From: Nitrososphaeraceae archaeon
GTDB taxonomy: Archaea; Thermoproteota; Nitrososphaeria; Nitrososphaerales; Nitrososphaeraceae
Direction: 5' to 3'
NCBI GenBank assembly: GCA_044870765.1
Contig: JBIOZG010000026.1
Coordinates: 1-38,716, forward strand
DNA: 38,716 nt
Positions 19,150 to 28,027 of this stretch are shown in pieces (within the stretch, counting starts at the first letter, position 1; the number at the start of each line of letters is the position of its first letter). The notes beneath the pieces are model-generated. The model was given only the letters and a program-made list of their open reading frames with translations, did no database searches and was not told the DNA's origin. Both the position numbers and the translations under genes were made by a program.

Positions 19150-19493
19150 ACAATGAAGCAACTGGAAAGGAAATTCTATCCATACTTACGGATGAACCTT
19201 CATTACAAATAATGAAGTTACTTGATAAAAGAGAACTCAGTGCGCGAAATATTTCATCAACTCTAAATATACCAATCTCGTCGACTTACAAAAAAATGAA
19301 GAGACTAGAGGAGCTCAAATTAATAAGAGTAACCAAAGTAATAAGAACACTAGATGGAATGGATGAGTCTTTTTATACTCTGTCGATTAAACAAATAAGC
19401 GTTACTTACAAGAATGATACATTTTCATTTGATATTCAACAAAAGGCATTTGATGATAAAATAGTTAGACTTTGGCAAAAATTCAAAAATTAA
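19146..19493 (+). CDS. ArsR-like winged helix transcription regulator
   Basis: ILSILTDEPSLQIM...LSARNISSTLNIPISSTYKKMKRLEELKLI. Confidence 0.85.
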   Translation: MNNEATGKEILSILTDEPSLQIMKLLDKRELSARNISSTLNIPISSTYKKMKRLEELKLIRVTKVIRTLDGMDESFYTLSIKQISVTYKNDTFSFDIQQKAFDDKIVRLWQKFKN

Positions 19494-19550
19494 AATCGTC
19501 GTGCTGTCATCTCCACATATGTGACATCATCCACGGATTTAGAGGAAATG

Positions 19551-19712
19551 TTACAAATTGCATATGAAAACTATTTTACACATGAAAGATCCCTTTTCGA
19601 GTAACTCATGAGCTTTAGGTGCCTCATTCAACGGCATTCGTGCAGCAATGATAGGTTTGATTTTACCCTGCTTGAGCAGATTTAATAGAACTCTCAAATC
19701 TTCACGAAACCA
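19551..19712 (-). pseudogene. Relic C-terminus of a medium-chain dehydrogenase/reductase (quinone oxidoreductase-like)
   Basis: WFREDLRVLLNLLKQGKIKPIIAARMPLNEAPKAHELLEKGSFMCKIVFICNL*. An in-frame stop lies 17 codons upstream and there is no intact N-terminus. Confidence 0.8.
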
Positions 19713-20068
19713 ATTTACCCAAAGGTCAAAAAGCCCCGCGCTGGTAAAATATGGGTCAAATCACCCGTTGAATTGATGGTGGCTATAAGAGTATATTCCA
19801 AAAGATCCGTTATTTCAAATAAATATAAGCAAAATAATGATAAAACTCGCCATTAAAACCAATTTGCGAGTAAGATTGGATATAATACCATAGCGGATGT
19901 CATACTTTACAAACATTCTTCACATAAGAAACATATACTTTCGGGGAACGAAGTTGATCATATCACTTAACTACCACTAAAATGATCGTGTCTATGGAAT
20001 CTTTCTCTTATGGGGAATAGATTGAAAACTTGAAAAACTTGGAATCATTATGGCTTCTTTTCCAAGGC

Positions 20069-20076
20069 TTTAAATA
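20069..20076 (+). promoter_or_regulatory. Archaeal TATA box
   Basis: tttaaata 23-30 nt upstream of ATG 20099 (leaderless spacing). Confidence 0.6.
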
Positions 20077-20098
20077 GTCGTATTACTAACTTGTAGTA

Positions 20099-20659
20099 AT
20101 GAAAACATCAATGGACAAATCTCCCGGCTGGATGAGAGGCGTGCAAATAGGACTTGGTATTCTCGTTGTTATATTATCAATTTATGCTCTTGCATATCCA
20201 GGAGCTGCGTTTGTCTCTTTAGTATTAATACTTGGCATAATTTTATTCATTGTAGGAATTGAGAAGATAGTTTCCGGAATATTCCTTCCTATCAAGGGTA
20301 GAGGGGCAACGATAGGCCTTGGCATACTTGCCCTTATATTTGCAGGTTTTGTGATTGCGTTTCCAGGATTTGCTACATGGATTATAACGGTCTTCATTGG
20401 CATTGCACTTCTCTTTGGTGGTGCTGCCAGCATAGTTCAGGCGTTCTCAGGAAGGGAATCTGGATGGAAGAAAGCTTTCCTTATCGGAGTAGGCGCTTTG
20501 TTGATAATTATAGGAATCACGACCCTTGTGTCTCCTATTTTTGGTGCACAATTTGCAGGATTTGTTATAGCGATAGGACTATTGATAGCAGGAATTCAGA
20601 TGGTTGCAGCAGGTGCTACAGGCAGAAAAATTATGCTTGACTCATCTATTACCAAGTAG
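20099..20659 (+). CDS. HdeD/DUF308 family membrane protein
   Basis: Six Gly-rich TMs in repeated GxxxIxxGxxxxxxP units. Confidence 0.85.
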   Translation: MKTSMDKSPGWMRGVQIGLGILVVILSIYALAYPGAAFVSLVLILGIILFIVGIEKIVSGIFLPIKGRGATIGLGILALIFAGFVIAFPGFATWIITVFIGIALLFGGAASIVQAFSGRESGWKKAFLIGVGALLIIIGITTLVSPIFGAQFAGFVIAIGLLIAGIQMVAAGATGRKIMLDSSITK

Positions 20660-20812
20660 AAATGGATGATATAGAAACTGAGGTATGTCTTACTACAAGA
20701 AAGAAATTAGTCCCATTCTCCTTGAATCTAAGTAATCTTGGAGCTGACACCGATAATTGTTTTATATATTTATAAGGTAACTTCCTTCTATATAGTTAGA
20801 GAAGATATATAA

Positions 20813-20998
20813 TTGTTAGAAAAGACATTGAAAAGTATTGAGCCCTTTACATCAAGCTCAGAAAAGAATTCGAGATTCTGTATAGGGTGCGGAGAACTTG
20901 CAACCAAGTTAGTCAAATACAGTACTGAAGGAGCAATAATAATAGAGAAGTATTGTGATAAATGCGCTAAAGCAATTGAAGATAGTTCGGCTAAATAG
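20813..20998 (+). CDS. Small zinc-finger protein
   Basis: FCIGCGELATK...IEKYCDKC. Confidence 0.75.
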   Translation: MLEKTLKSIEPFTSSSEKNSRFCIGCGELATKLVKYSTEGAIIIEKYCDKCAKAIEDSSAK

Positions 20999-21364
20999 TG
21001 CCAAATATGTTTAGTCACAAACAGCATAATAGAGCGACAAATATGTCAGATAGAAGGTAATTTGTCGATAAGATGCTTGGATTCCTCAAAACGGTAGGGT
21101 AAATGCAACTTGCTTTACAAGGCGAATCTCTCATGAGCTGATTTTAGCGCATATAACTTGTTTGGAGAAATTCTCAGAGACTTAGTCCTAATTGATAAAG
21201 TCAATTTCCAGAACTCAAATCTTGCAGGACAAAACTAAACACGGAAAATCCTGAATACGGTAATTATATGTCTGCGGTCATCAAGTTGTACATTATAACC
21301 CTCCAACCTACCAAGAATTCGAAATTAGGAATAAATTTTAAAGATGGTCTTCTAAAAACACATT

Positions 21365-22297
21365 GTGGAAAGTATTAATTTTGTATGCCTTGGTCAAACC
21401 GAATTTGTAAAGGAGTTAGGGAAGAAAGGGCAGTCAAGTGATATTACAACATATGATAATAAAAAAGATGACAGAATCATGACCTACGTAATACCATCAG
21501 GCTTTCCTGACAAGATCCAACCATTAATTACTGCAGTAAATTTAGGAGAGTATTCTATAATTAACGTTGACAAACTAGATAGGTTTCTAGGAGAACAAAT
21601 AGTAGCCTTAGATCTACTGGAACTAAATAAAGGATTTCTCCTTCATTCTTACGGAGTTGAGAGCAAGGCTCTTAAGAGTCTTTTAAAAAATACCGTTGCC
21701 TCATCATTCAAGGTTGAACAGAATATTCAAAGTCTTAAAGAGAGTATCAGTTCTTTATCTCCGGTGAAAAGAGATGGACCAGCAATTATCAATATAGATA
21801 ACATATTTAATGTAAAAGGAGTGGGTGTGGTCGTATTGGGTATGCTTAAACAGGGAGTTATCAAAGTACACGATGAGCTATTACTATTTCCTCAAAATAA
21901 AACGGTTACAGTTAAAAGTATACAGATGCATGATAAAAATGTTGAAGAGTCACATAGTCCAGCTAGGGTAGGTCTTGCTCTAACAGGCGTTTCTTTTGAT
22001 GAGATAACTAGGGGAGATATTCTTTCCAATTACAACCATTTTACTTCTGCCGACCAAGAATTGATTATTGATTTCGATATGGTGCCATTTTATAAGAATG
22101 ACCTTTCAGAAAATCACTCCTATCTTTTGTCCATAGGGACTCAGATCAGGCCTGCAAAGATAGAGAAATTAGGGAATAATAAACTTAAGATTTTGTCTGA
22201 TAATATATTTTCATTTAAAGCCGAAGATATTGCAATCCTCTTAAATCCAGATAGTAAAGATATACGAATAGTGGGTTCAGGAAGAATAAGTGTATGA
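21365..22297 (+). CDS. Archaeal EF-Tu/SelB-like protein with degenerate G domain
   Basis: EF-Tu domain II (IDNIFNVKGVGVVVLG, VKSIQMHD, RVGLAL, ITRGDIL). No GxxxxGK[ST] P-loop. Confidence 0.85.
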   Translation: MESINFVCLGQTEFVKELGKKGQSSDITTYDNKKDDRIMTYVIPSGFPDKIQPLITAVNLGEYSIINVDKLDRFLGEQIVALDLLELNKGFLLHSYGVESKALKSLLKNTVASSFKVEQNIQSLKESISSLSPVKRDGPAIINIDNIFNVKGVGVVVLGMLKQGVIKVHDELLLFPQNKTVTVKSIQMHDKNVEESHSPARVGLALTGVSFDEITRGDILSNYNHFTSADQELIIDFDMVPFYKNDLSENHSYLLSIGTQIRPAKIEKLGNNKLKILSDNIFSFKAEDIAILLNPDSKDIRIVGSGRISV

Positions 22298-22570
22298 AAT
22301 CCTGGTATATCTCGCTCTATAAGTTCAGGTATTGTACTTGAGTTTAAAACCAGAATTTAGTAAATAGATACAAAAATCCAATTTATCCATGGTAAGCTAG
22401 CGTTAAGGAATATGGTTTAAAACGTAAAGATATGTCATGGCAATATTGAAAGTTCAATTCAGCACCGCTTAATAATTCTAACAATAATTGGAAAAACAAC
22501 AAAATGATTTTCATAGAAACATATCTAGCCGAAATCCTAAATAATTTGTTTATGTGTATATTATCAATCC

Positions 22571-22990
22571 ATGGCTCAGCAACAACTTTTAAAACAGGAA
22601 TCGTCTGTATCTGAAGTTCTAAGCAACCATAAGAAGCAGTTAACACGGAATATCGAGCAACATACCGATGAGCGGCATATGAATACACTTAATCAACAAT
22701 CAAAGCAAGAATCATCTATCTCCCAAATAATACGTACATATGGAAAACAGTTTACACAGATTAGAAAGCAGTATACCGACGGACTTGGTGGAAGATGTGT
22801 TATGGGTGTTATCATGTCATATTACGGTTGGGATGGTAAATGCATCAGTAACGCAGAAAGAAGGTTATATGCTGCATTAGTTGCTTTGAGACAGGCCGGT
22901 ATAACTAAAGAATTACTCATAGAGCTGAATGATTCTGGTGCGACATTCGACGAAATAGCCGATTATCTCGACAACATTAAGAATCGTTAG
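22571..22990 (+). CDS. Hypothetical protein with N-terminal 37-aa duplication
   Basis: KQESSVSEVL...QHTDE / KQESSISQII...QYTDG. C-terminal RCVMGVI...LNDSGATFDEIADYL. Confidence 0.75.
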   Translation: MAQQQLLKQESSVSEVLSNHKKQLTRNIEQHTDERHMNTLNQQSKQESSISQIIRTYGKQFTQIRKQYTDGLGGRCVMGVIMSYYGWDGKCISNAERRLYAALVALRQAGITKELLIELNDSGATFDEIADYLDNIKNR

Positions 22991-23093
22991 AGTAATGGTT
23001 AATCGTGGAAAGCATTGGGATCATAAGGGCAATACTTCACAAATCGAGAGGTTATCAAATGTACCTGGATGACTCTATATTCAATAGAGAACC

Positions 23094-23735
23094 CTAATGC
23101 TTCTCATGATTCTTGATTGTTAGAAGGGCTGCACTCTTTGCAGCGAATTCAGCCCTCTTTTCAGAAACACTATCACTCCCTATTATTATTACATCTTTAT
23201 CAATTGGGTTTAAACCTACCATGAGCAGCTTGCGTATCTTGTGTTCATTCCTTAGTGCATCAAGTTTTGTTCCAGCTAAAAGAAATTTACCATTTCTGAA
23301 GATAAGGGTAGTTGCACCTGACGCTTCCATCTTTATTGCAGCATCTCTTTGTTCTATTCCGGTCTTTACCGCAGAACTCATTTGCTTTAAAATTACGGCA
23401 TAGTTGAATTTTCCTAAAGCCACAGAGCATTTTGGTAATTTCATCTCCGACGGAATTGAGGCTTTAATGTCAGAAAAAAATAAGTACCCTTTTTGGGTCA
23501 GCTTCGTTCCAGCATTGGAAGATTCAACTAGGTTCTCCATCTTTAGGTGTCTAAGAAGTGTTCTAATTGTTCCTTCGCCGAGAGTTAATTCATTTCGCAG
23601 GATATCTCTGCTAACATGTCCCTTCTCCTCAATAAGCTGTAAAGTTTTAAAAACATGCATGACATCAAATGAAAGAGCTCTGCTCGGGGCATATTTGCTT
23701 GCAACCAACTGAAGTGTTCTAACATACGTATGCAA
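23094..23735 (-). CDS. Winged-helix regulator (DUF4443-like), divergent from cbtBA
   Basis: SRDILRNELTLGEGTIRTLLRHLK...GTKLTQKG, then GIEQRDAAIKMEASGATTLIF. Confidence 0.8.
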   Translation of the reverse strand: MHTYVRTLQLVASKYAPSRALSFDVMHVFKTLQLIEEKGHVSRDILRNELTLGEGTIRTLLRHLKMENLVESSNAGTKLTQKGYLFFSDIKASIPSEMKLPKCSVALGKFNYAVILKQMSSAVKTGIEQRDAAIKMEASGATTLIFRNGKFLLAGTKLDALRNEHKIRKLLMVGLNPIDKDVIIIGSDSVSEKRAEFAAKSAALLTIKNHEKH

Positions 23736-23847
23736 TACTAGTATGAGAGTAGCAGAAAGTTATATCTATATTATACTAATTACCTTGACTGGAAGATTGG
23801 CTAAACCATCCAATAATTTAAATACTCTGAAGTTTTTACAAAAGAGA

Positions 23848-24063
23848 ATGTCTACTCTCAAACTAATGACAAAAGAAAAACCTGGCGAGATGGGAATCGC
23901 AGTTGGAATTCTGGTTGCAATTTTGATTTTTACCATGTTTATTGTTGGCTATGACCAAGGTCAACTGTTTAGCATAGCTCAAGGTCAGGAAGCATTTGAT
24001 AATATGTGGATTCACGAGTTCGCTCATGATATGCGACATACTGCTGGATTTCCCTGTCACTAG
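23848..24063 (+). CDS. cbtB: Cobalt transporter subunit CbtB
   Basis: One TM, then GYDQGQ...HEFAHDMRHTAGFPCH. TATA tttaaata at 23817-23824 supports ATG 23848. Confidence 0.9.
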   Translation: MSTLKLMTKEKPGEMGIAVGILVAILIFTMFIVGYDQGQLFSIAQGQEAFDNMWIHEFAHDMRHTAGFPCH

Positions 24064-24077
24064 TTCCCTGTCACTAG
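24050..24077 (+). repeat. 14-bp tandem duplication of the cbtB 3' end
   Basis: ttccctgtcactag x2. Confidence 0.9.
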
Positions 24078-24099
24078 TTTCGTTCAATAGGCGTAATAT

Positions 24100-24825
24100 T
24101 TGAGAATACTGCTTTTTCTTGCAATTACAATTCTTTCTGGTGCGTTAGCCGGTACAATCCTTGGTATCATCAATCTTGGACTGGTTGAACCCTACATCGA
24201 CCAGGCAATTGGCATAGAAATACAGAATTCAGTTTCCTCAGGGGAGAACGTAGATTTAGCTGAAATCGCACACTATCGTATTTGGCAAAAAGGTGGTGAA
24301 ATAGTTGCTGCAGCAGTATATGGAATTTCGCTAGGAGCGTTGTTTGGAATCATTTTTGCGTACGCAAGAAATGCATTACCTGGAGATAATAACAAGAAGA
24401 AAGCATTGTTTTTAGCTGGTATTTTGTGGTTTGTTTTGTACCTTGTAGTGGCTCTAAAATATCCTGCAAACCCACCGGCAGTGGGAGACCCTGAAACAAT
24501 TTACTATCGTGAAGCCTTGTATGTAGCTTTTATTGCAATTTCTGGTTTTACAGCATTGGGTCTAGCACTATTATGGAACAGGGTTAAGATAAACTCGAAA
24601 AAGATTGTGTTCCCATTAGTTTACGCAGTAATAATGATTGTTGCATATTTGGCTATGCCTGCAAATCCGGACTCCATAAATATATCAATGGAACTCGTCC
24701 AGAGTTTCAGGGTTTGGACAGCCGTAACTATCGGAATCTTCTGGGGACTGTTAGGAATCATCTTTGGTTCACTCTGGGATAAATTTGTACGTCCTGGGGA
24801 ACCTAGATTGACGACTTTTAATTAA
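24100..24825 (+). CDS. cbtA: Cobalt transporter subunit CbtA
   Basis: EPYIDQAIGIE, LKYPANPPAVGDPETIYYR, multiple TMs. Directly after cbtB. Confidence 0.9.
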   Translation: MRILLFLAITILSGALAGTILGIINLGLVEPYIDQAIGIEIQNSVSSGENVDLAEIAHYRIWQKGGEIVAAAVYGISLGALFGIIFAYARNALPGDNNKKKALFLAGILWFVLYLVVALKYPANPPAVGDPETIYYREALYVAFIAISGFTALGLALLWNRVKINSKKIVFPLVYAVIMIVAYLAMPANPDSINISMELVQSFRVWTAVTIGIFWGLLGIIFGSLWDKFVRPGEPRLTTFN

Positions 24826-24844
24826 GATTGTCAACTCTAGTATA

Positions 24845-24920
24845 GGGTTCTCTCTCAAATTATGATTCTTGCATTATCAGTTCCACCGAACCCGACCTAA
24901 GCTTTACCATGATTAGTAAT
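24845..24920. repeat. Dispersed repeat, copy A
   Basis: gggttc...tccaccgaacccgacctaagctttaccatgattagtaat, matching 26362-26431. Confidence 0.8.
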
Positions 24921-24943
24921 AGAAATTATGTATTCTTGTTTTA

Positions 24944-25801
24944 TTACTGACGTATGAAACCTTTGTTATCCATGTAAGCTTCCCGTGACCACTGCTCCAT
25001 TTCTTTGTCTGACAGTTCGGCTCTTATTTTGAAGATAGAATCTGCATCTTTTCCCACAGGATTTCTTATCTCTGGGTTGGGTAAATTTAGCACGTCTAAA
25101 ATTGTTTGAGCAACTTTGGAAGGGTGAGAGGAATAAGCAGTAATTGACTCAAATCCTTGAAAGACTTGTTGTACCTTCTTGGCGTACGGAGATTTATTTG
25201 AATCAAAACCTTTGGCATACTTGCTATTATCCAAAAAGCCACTACTGACATACCCTGGCTCAATCAATAGTATATTTATGTTAAAGTCATCAAGTTCTTG
25301 TCTCAGAGATTCTGTGAATCCTTCTATGGCAAACTTGCTTGCATGATATGCAGTTAAAAATGGAAGTAGGCCAACTTTTCCACCAACGGAACTTACATTT
25401 ATTATTGTACCCTTTCCCTGTTTTCTCATAGTTGGTATCACAGCTTTTGTGGTTCTTATCACACCAAAAAAATTTGTTTCAAACTGCTGTTTTATCTCCT
25501 CCAGGCTTGATTCCTCAAGAGGGCCAAACAAGTCATAGCCTGCATTATTGATGAGAACATCTATCCTATCGTTATCTTTGACAATCTTGTCTATGGCCTT
25601 ATTTACGGATAAATCGTCGTTTACATCTAATTGAGCTACGTTTAGTTGGAGATTTTCCTCAGAGGCAATTTTTATGAGTCCCTCGCTCTTACTCATATTT
25701 CTCATAGTTGCATATGTTTTGATTTGGTTTCTTGCTAACAGAAGCGATGTTTCATAACCTATTCCACTGGAACTACCTGTTACTACAGCTACTTTTGACA
25801 T
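24944..25801 (-). CDS. Short-chain dehydrogenase/reductase
   Basis: TGSSSGIG, NNAG, NVSS, YHASK. ATG 25801. Confidence 0.95.
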   Translation of the reverse strand: MSKVAVVTGSSSGIGYETSLLLARNQIKTYATMRNMSKSEGLIKIASEENLQLNVAQLDVNDDLSVNKAIDKIVKDNDRIDVLINNAGYDLFGPLEESSLEEIKQQFETNFFGVIRTTKAVIPTMRKQGKGTIINVSSVGGKVGLLPFLTAYHASKFAIEGFTESLRQELDDFNINILLIEPGYVSSGFLDNSKYAKGFDSNKSPYAKKVQQVFQGFESITAYSSHPSKVAQTILDVLNLPNPEIRNPVGKDADSIFKIRAELSDKEMEQWSREAYMDNKGFIRQ

Positions 25802-26079
25802 TCCATTCAATTATCACATTGTAATATATGAATATGAGTCAAACAATGACAAAATCCATTCTCAAGAGACCAGGTCCGTATTAACTTTTGAAGTATTAGA
25901 TAACGGATGAAGACTATTGGCATTGTAGGCTATCAAGATCTAGAATGAAGGTCTATTTGATAGGTGCGTGACCATTGAAAATCCTCATCTTGGATAGTGA
26001 GTACTTCATTATGCGATTTCGTTTTGTTCTAGACTTTTGTGCCAACATGTTAATATAGTAAATTTATCAGATCAAATAT

Positions 26080-26349
26080 ATGAAATACAGAAGCAGAACA
26101 GAAATAGTATCAATGATTCTTGAAGCAGCAAACGGTGGTGCAACTAAAACAAAAATCATGTATAAAGCCTTCCTCAGCTATGCTCAATTGAAAGAATATC
26201 TATCCGTACTTATTGAGAATAATTTACTCGAATATCTAGAAGGTGTACAAACCTACAAAACCACTGAAAAAGGATTTAACTTGTTGAAAATGCATAACGA
26301 AATTGGAGAACTTCTCCAAAGTCCAGTAAGAGAGTCAAGGATACAATAA
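26080..26349 (+). CDS. Winged helix-turn-helix protein (thaumarchaeal MKYRSRTEI family)
   Basis: KYRSRTEIVSMILE...TKTKIMYKAFLSYAQLKEYL...YKTTEKG. Confidence 0.9.
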   Translation: MKYRSRTEIVSMILEAANGGATKTKIMYKAFLSYAQLKEYLSVLIENNLLEYLEGVQTYKTTEKGFNLLKMHNEIGELLQSPVRESRIQ

Positions 26350-26361
26350 ATAAAAAGTGTT

Positions 26362-26431
26362 GGGTTCCTAAATCGTAATTCTAGCGTATCGGTCCACCGA
26401 ACCCGACCTAATTTTTACCATTATTAGTAAT
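26362..26431. repeat. Dispersed repeat, copy B
   Basis: gggttc...tccaccgaacccgacctaatttttaccattattagtaat. Confidence 0.8.
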
Positions 26432-26455
26432 GAGTGGTGATTTTTTCTGTTTCTT

Positions 26456-26590
26456 TTCATCCAAATCGAATGTTGTTAAAAGAATTGCTCTCATTGAAGC
26501 AATTAACATTTTTTATAACTTTAGGAATTTCATTCCATTCATTGCTGGTATTCTCAAATCAGAAATCACATAGCAGTAATACTTTGCATT
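26456..26590 (-). pseudogene. Relic response-regulator receiver domain
   Basis: KYYCYVISDLRIPAMNGMKFLKL*KMLIASMRAILLTTFDLDE aligns with 28028-28435 (LIISDLRMPSLCGIEFLKKVK...RTLLMTAFEIDD) across an internal stop. Confidence 0.75.
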
Positions 26591-26776
26591 TAAGCAAACG
26601 TAACAAATGTTAATAGAAGGCAAAATTTCATTCTGTTTGTATTCTACTGAGAGTAATAGGGCCGATAATCGGTTAATTATATTGTTTCCATACTTCATTA
26701 GGAATTAGCATATTGCCTATCATCTGCAGCAATTTTGGATTGATCGTTATAAAGTTTAAAGTCCTATTCAATATTA

Positions 26777-27241
26777 ATGAACAAACCATTCATTGCAGTG
26801 ACAACGCTTGCTCTTTCGTTGGTTCTCTCGTTTCCAATGATGAGCTTAACACAGCAGCAATTCGCAGCAGGACAACAATCTGAAGAAAAAATCGATGTAC
26901 CGCTCAATTTCACCTTAAAGGCAAAAGGTGATGGTGGAGATGGCGGTGAAGAAGGCAACGCTTCCTCAACCAAGGACGTTATTGTTACCTTAAAGGTCCT
27001 AACTAGTCAGAACGGAAGTCCAACCGAAATACCGATAACCGCAAAGGTATCTAATGATACCAAGACACAGAATCTAGAACTGTGCTCCTCCTTGCAAGAA
27101 GGAAAGGAAGTGTGCAATTCACTTAAAGATCTAATGAAGTCCAAAGGTGAAAATCAGTCATCTAGTGAATCTAGTGAATCAAGCGGATCTGACAACTCAA
27201 CAAACAAAAACAAAAATAACGATGACGAAGAAAACAACTAG
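26777..27241 (+). CDS. Secreted hypothetical protein
   Basis: Signal peptide, a Cys pair and a low-complexity S/N/E tail. Confidence 0.75.
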   Translation: MNKPFIAVTTLALSLVLSFPMMSLTQQQFAAGQQSEEKIDVPLNFTLKAKGDGGDGGEEGNASSTKDVIVTLKVLTSQNGSPTEIPITAKVSNDTKTQNLELCSSLQEGKEVCNSLKDLMKSKGENQSSSESSESSGSDNSTNKNKNNDDEENN

Positions 27242-27270
27242 GCAATTTACCTAGTTAGAAAATTTTTTTT
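27236..27270 (+). terminator. Candidate terminator
   Basis: aactagg-N7-cctagtt hairpin over the stop codon, followed by a T8 run. Confidence 0.45.
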
Positions 27271-27408
27271 ACTAATATTCAAATAAGTTAAAACAGATAT
27301 CATTATCTTGGTTTTATTTTCTTTCGTGCAGGAATAAGATTCAGTTTATTTAGCAACATAAACCTTTTATTATTTGTTGAGCATACGTTGATCGGTTAAG
27401 ATAAAATA

Positions 27409-27873
27409 TTGACGACAATTGGTGAATTAATGAGCAATAAACTTGAGACCATTGAAGCATCCGACTTGGTTCAAGTGGCGGCAAAAAAAATGCGTGATAA
27501 GAAGATTAGTTCCTTAGTGGTAATAGACAGTAGTAACAAGCCGGTGGGGATCATAACAGAAAGAGACTTTGTAACGAAGGTATGTGCCGATGGCTCTGAT
27601 GGTAAAAAGATGAAGGTGCAAGATATTATGTCAGATGTGCTTGTGACTACGGATGCCATATCGGATGTTGAAGTTGCAGCCGATATAATGTTACAGAATA
27701 AAGTTAGACATTTGCTCGTCGTAGAAGGAGATGATATAAACAAACCACTCGGAATAATTACGCCGACTGACTTCACTGGTTACCTCAAAGAAAATTTGAA
27801 TATGGACGCTGTAAATGCAAAGATACTTGAATCGTTAAAACAGACAGAGGCAGAGTCAGATAAATACGAATAA
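27409..27873 (+). CDS. CBS domain-containing protein
   Basis: KKISSLVVI, GIITERDFVTKVC, VRHLLVV, GIITPTD. Close paralog of 15920-16369. Confidence 0.9.
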   Translation: MTTIGELMSNKLETIEASDLVQVAAKKMRDKKISSLVVIDSSNKPVGIITERDFVTKVCADGSDGKKMKVQDIMSDVLVTTDAISDVEVAADIMLQNKVRHLLVVEGDDINKPLGIITPTDFTGYLKENLNMDAVNAKILESLKQTEAESDKYE

Positions 27874-28027
27874 TCTTGTCTGACGATTTTCTAATATTAA
27901 ATTACGAAAAAGTTATTTATCTTTTTTGAATTTAATTTATTACACATACACTGATGCATGGTAAAGGTAGGATAGGTTTATTTATTTACAATTATCCGTA
28001 ATTAGGAACTACCCCCCTTAAATCGAT

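Noticed and set aside
20996-21100. Possible TAG read-through of the zinc-finger gene into CQIC...
   Set aside because: There is no second CxxC and no recoding evidence, so it is probably chance.
21365-22297. True selB / selenocysteine system
   Set aside because: It lacks GTPase motifs, and no other Sec genes or UGA-interrupted selenoprotein were seen.
23743-23847. N-terminal extension of CbtB or a cobalamin riboswitch
   Set aside because: The region is the AT-rich divergent promoter with a TATA pointing to ATG 23848, and has no B12-box-like sequence.
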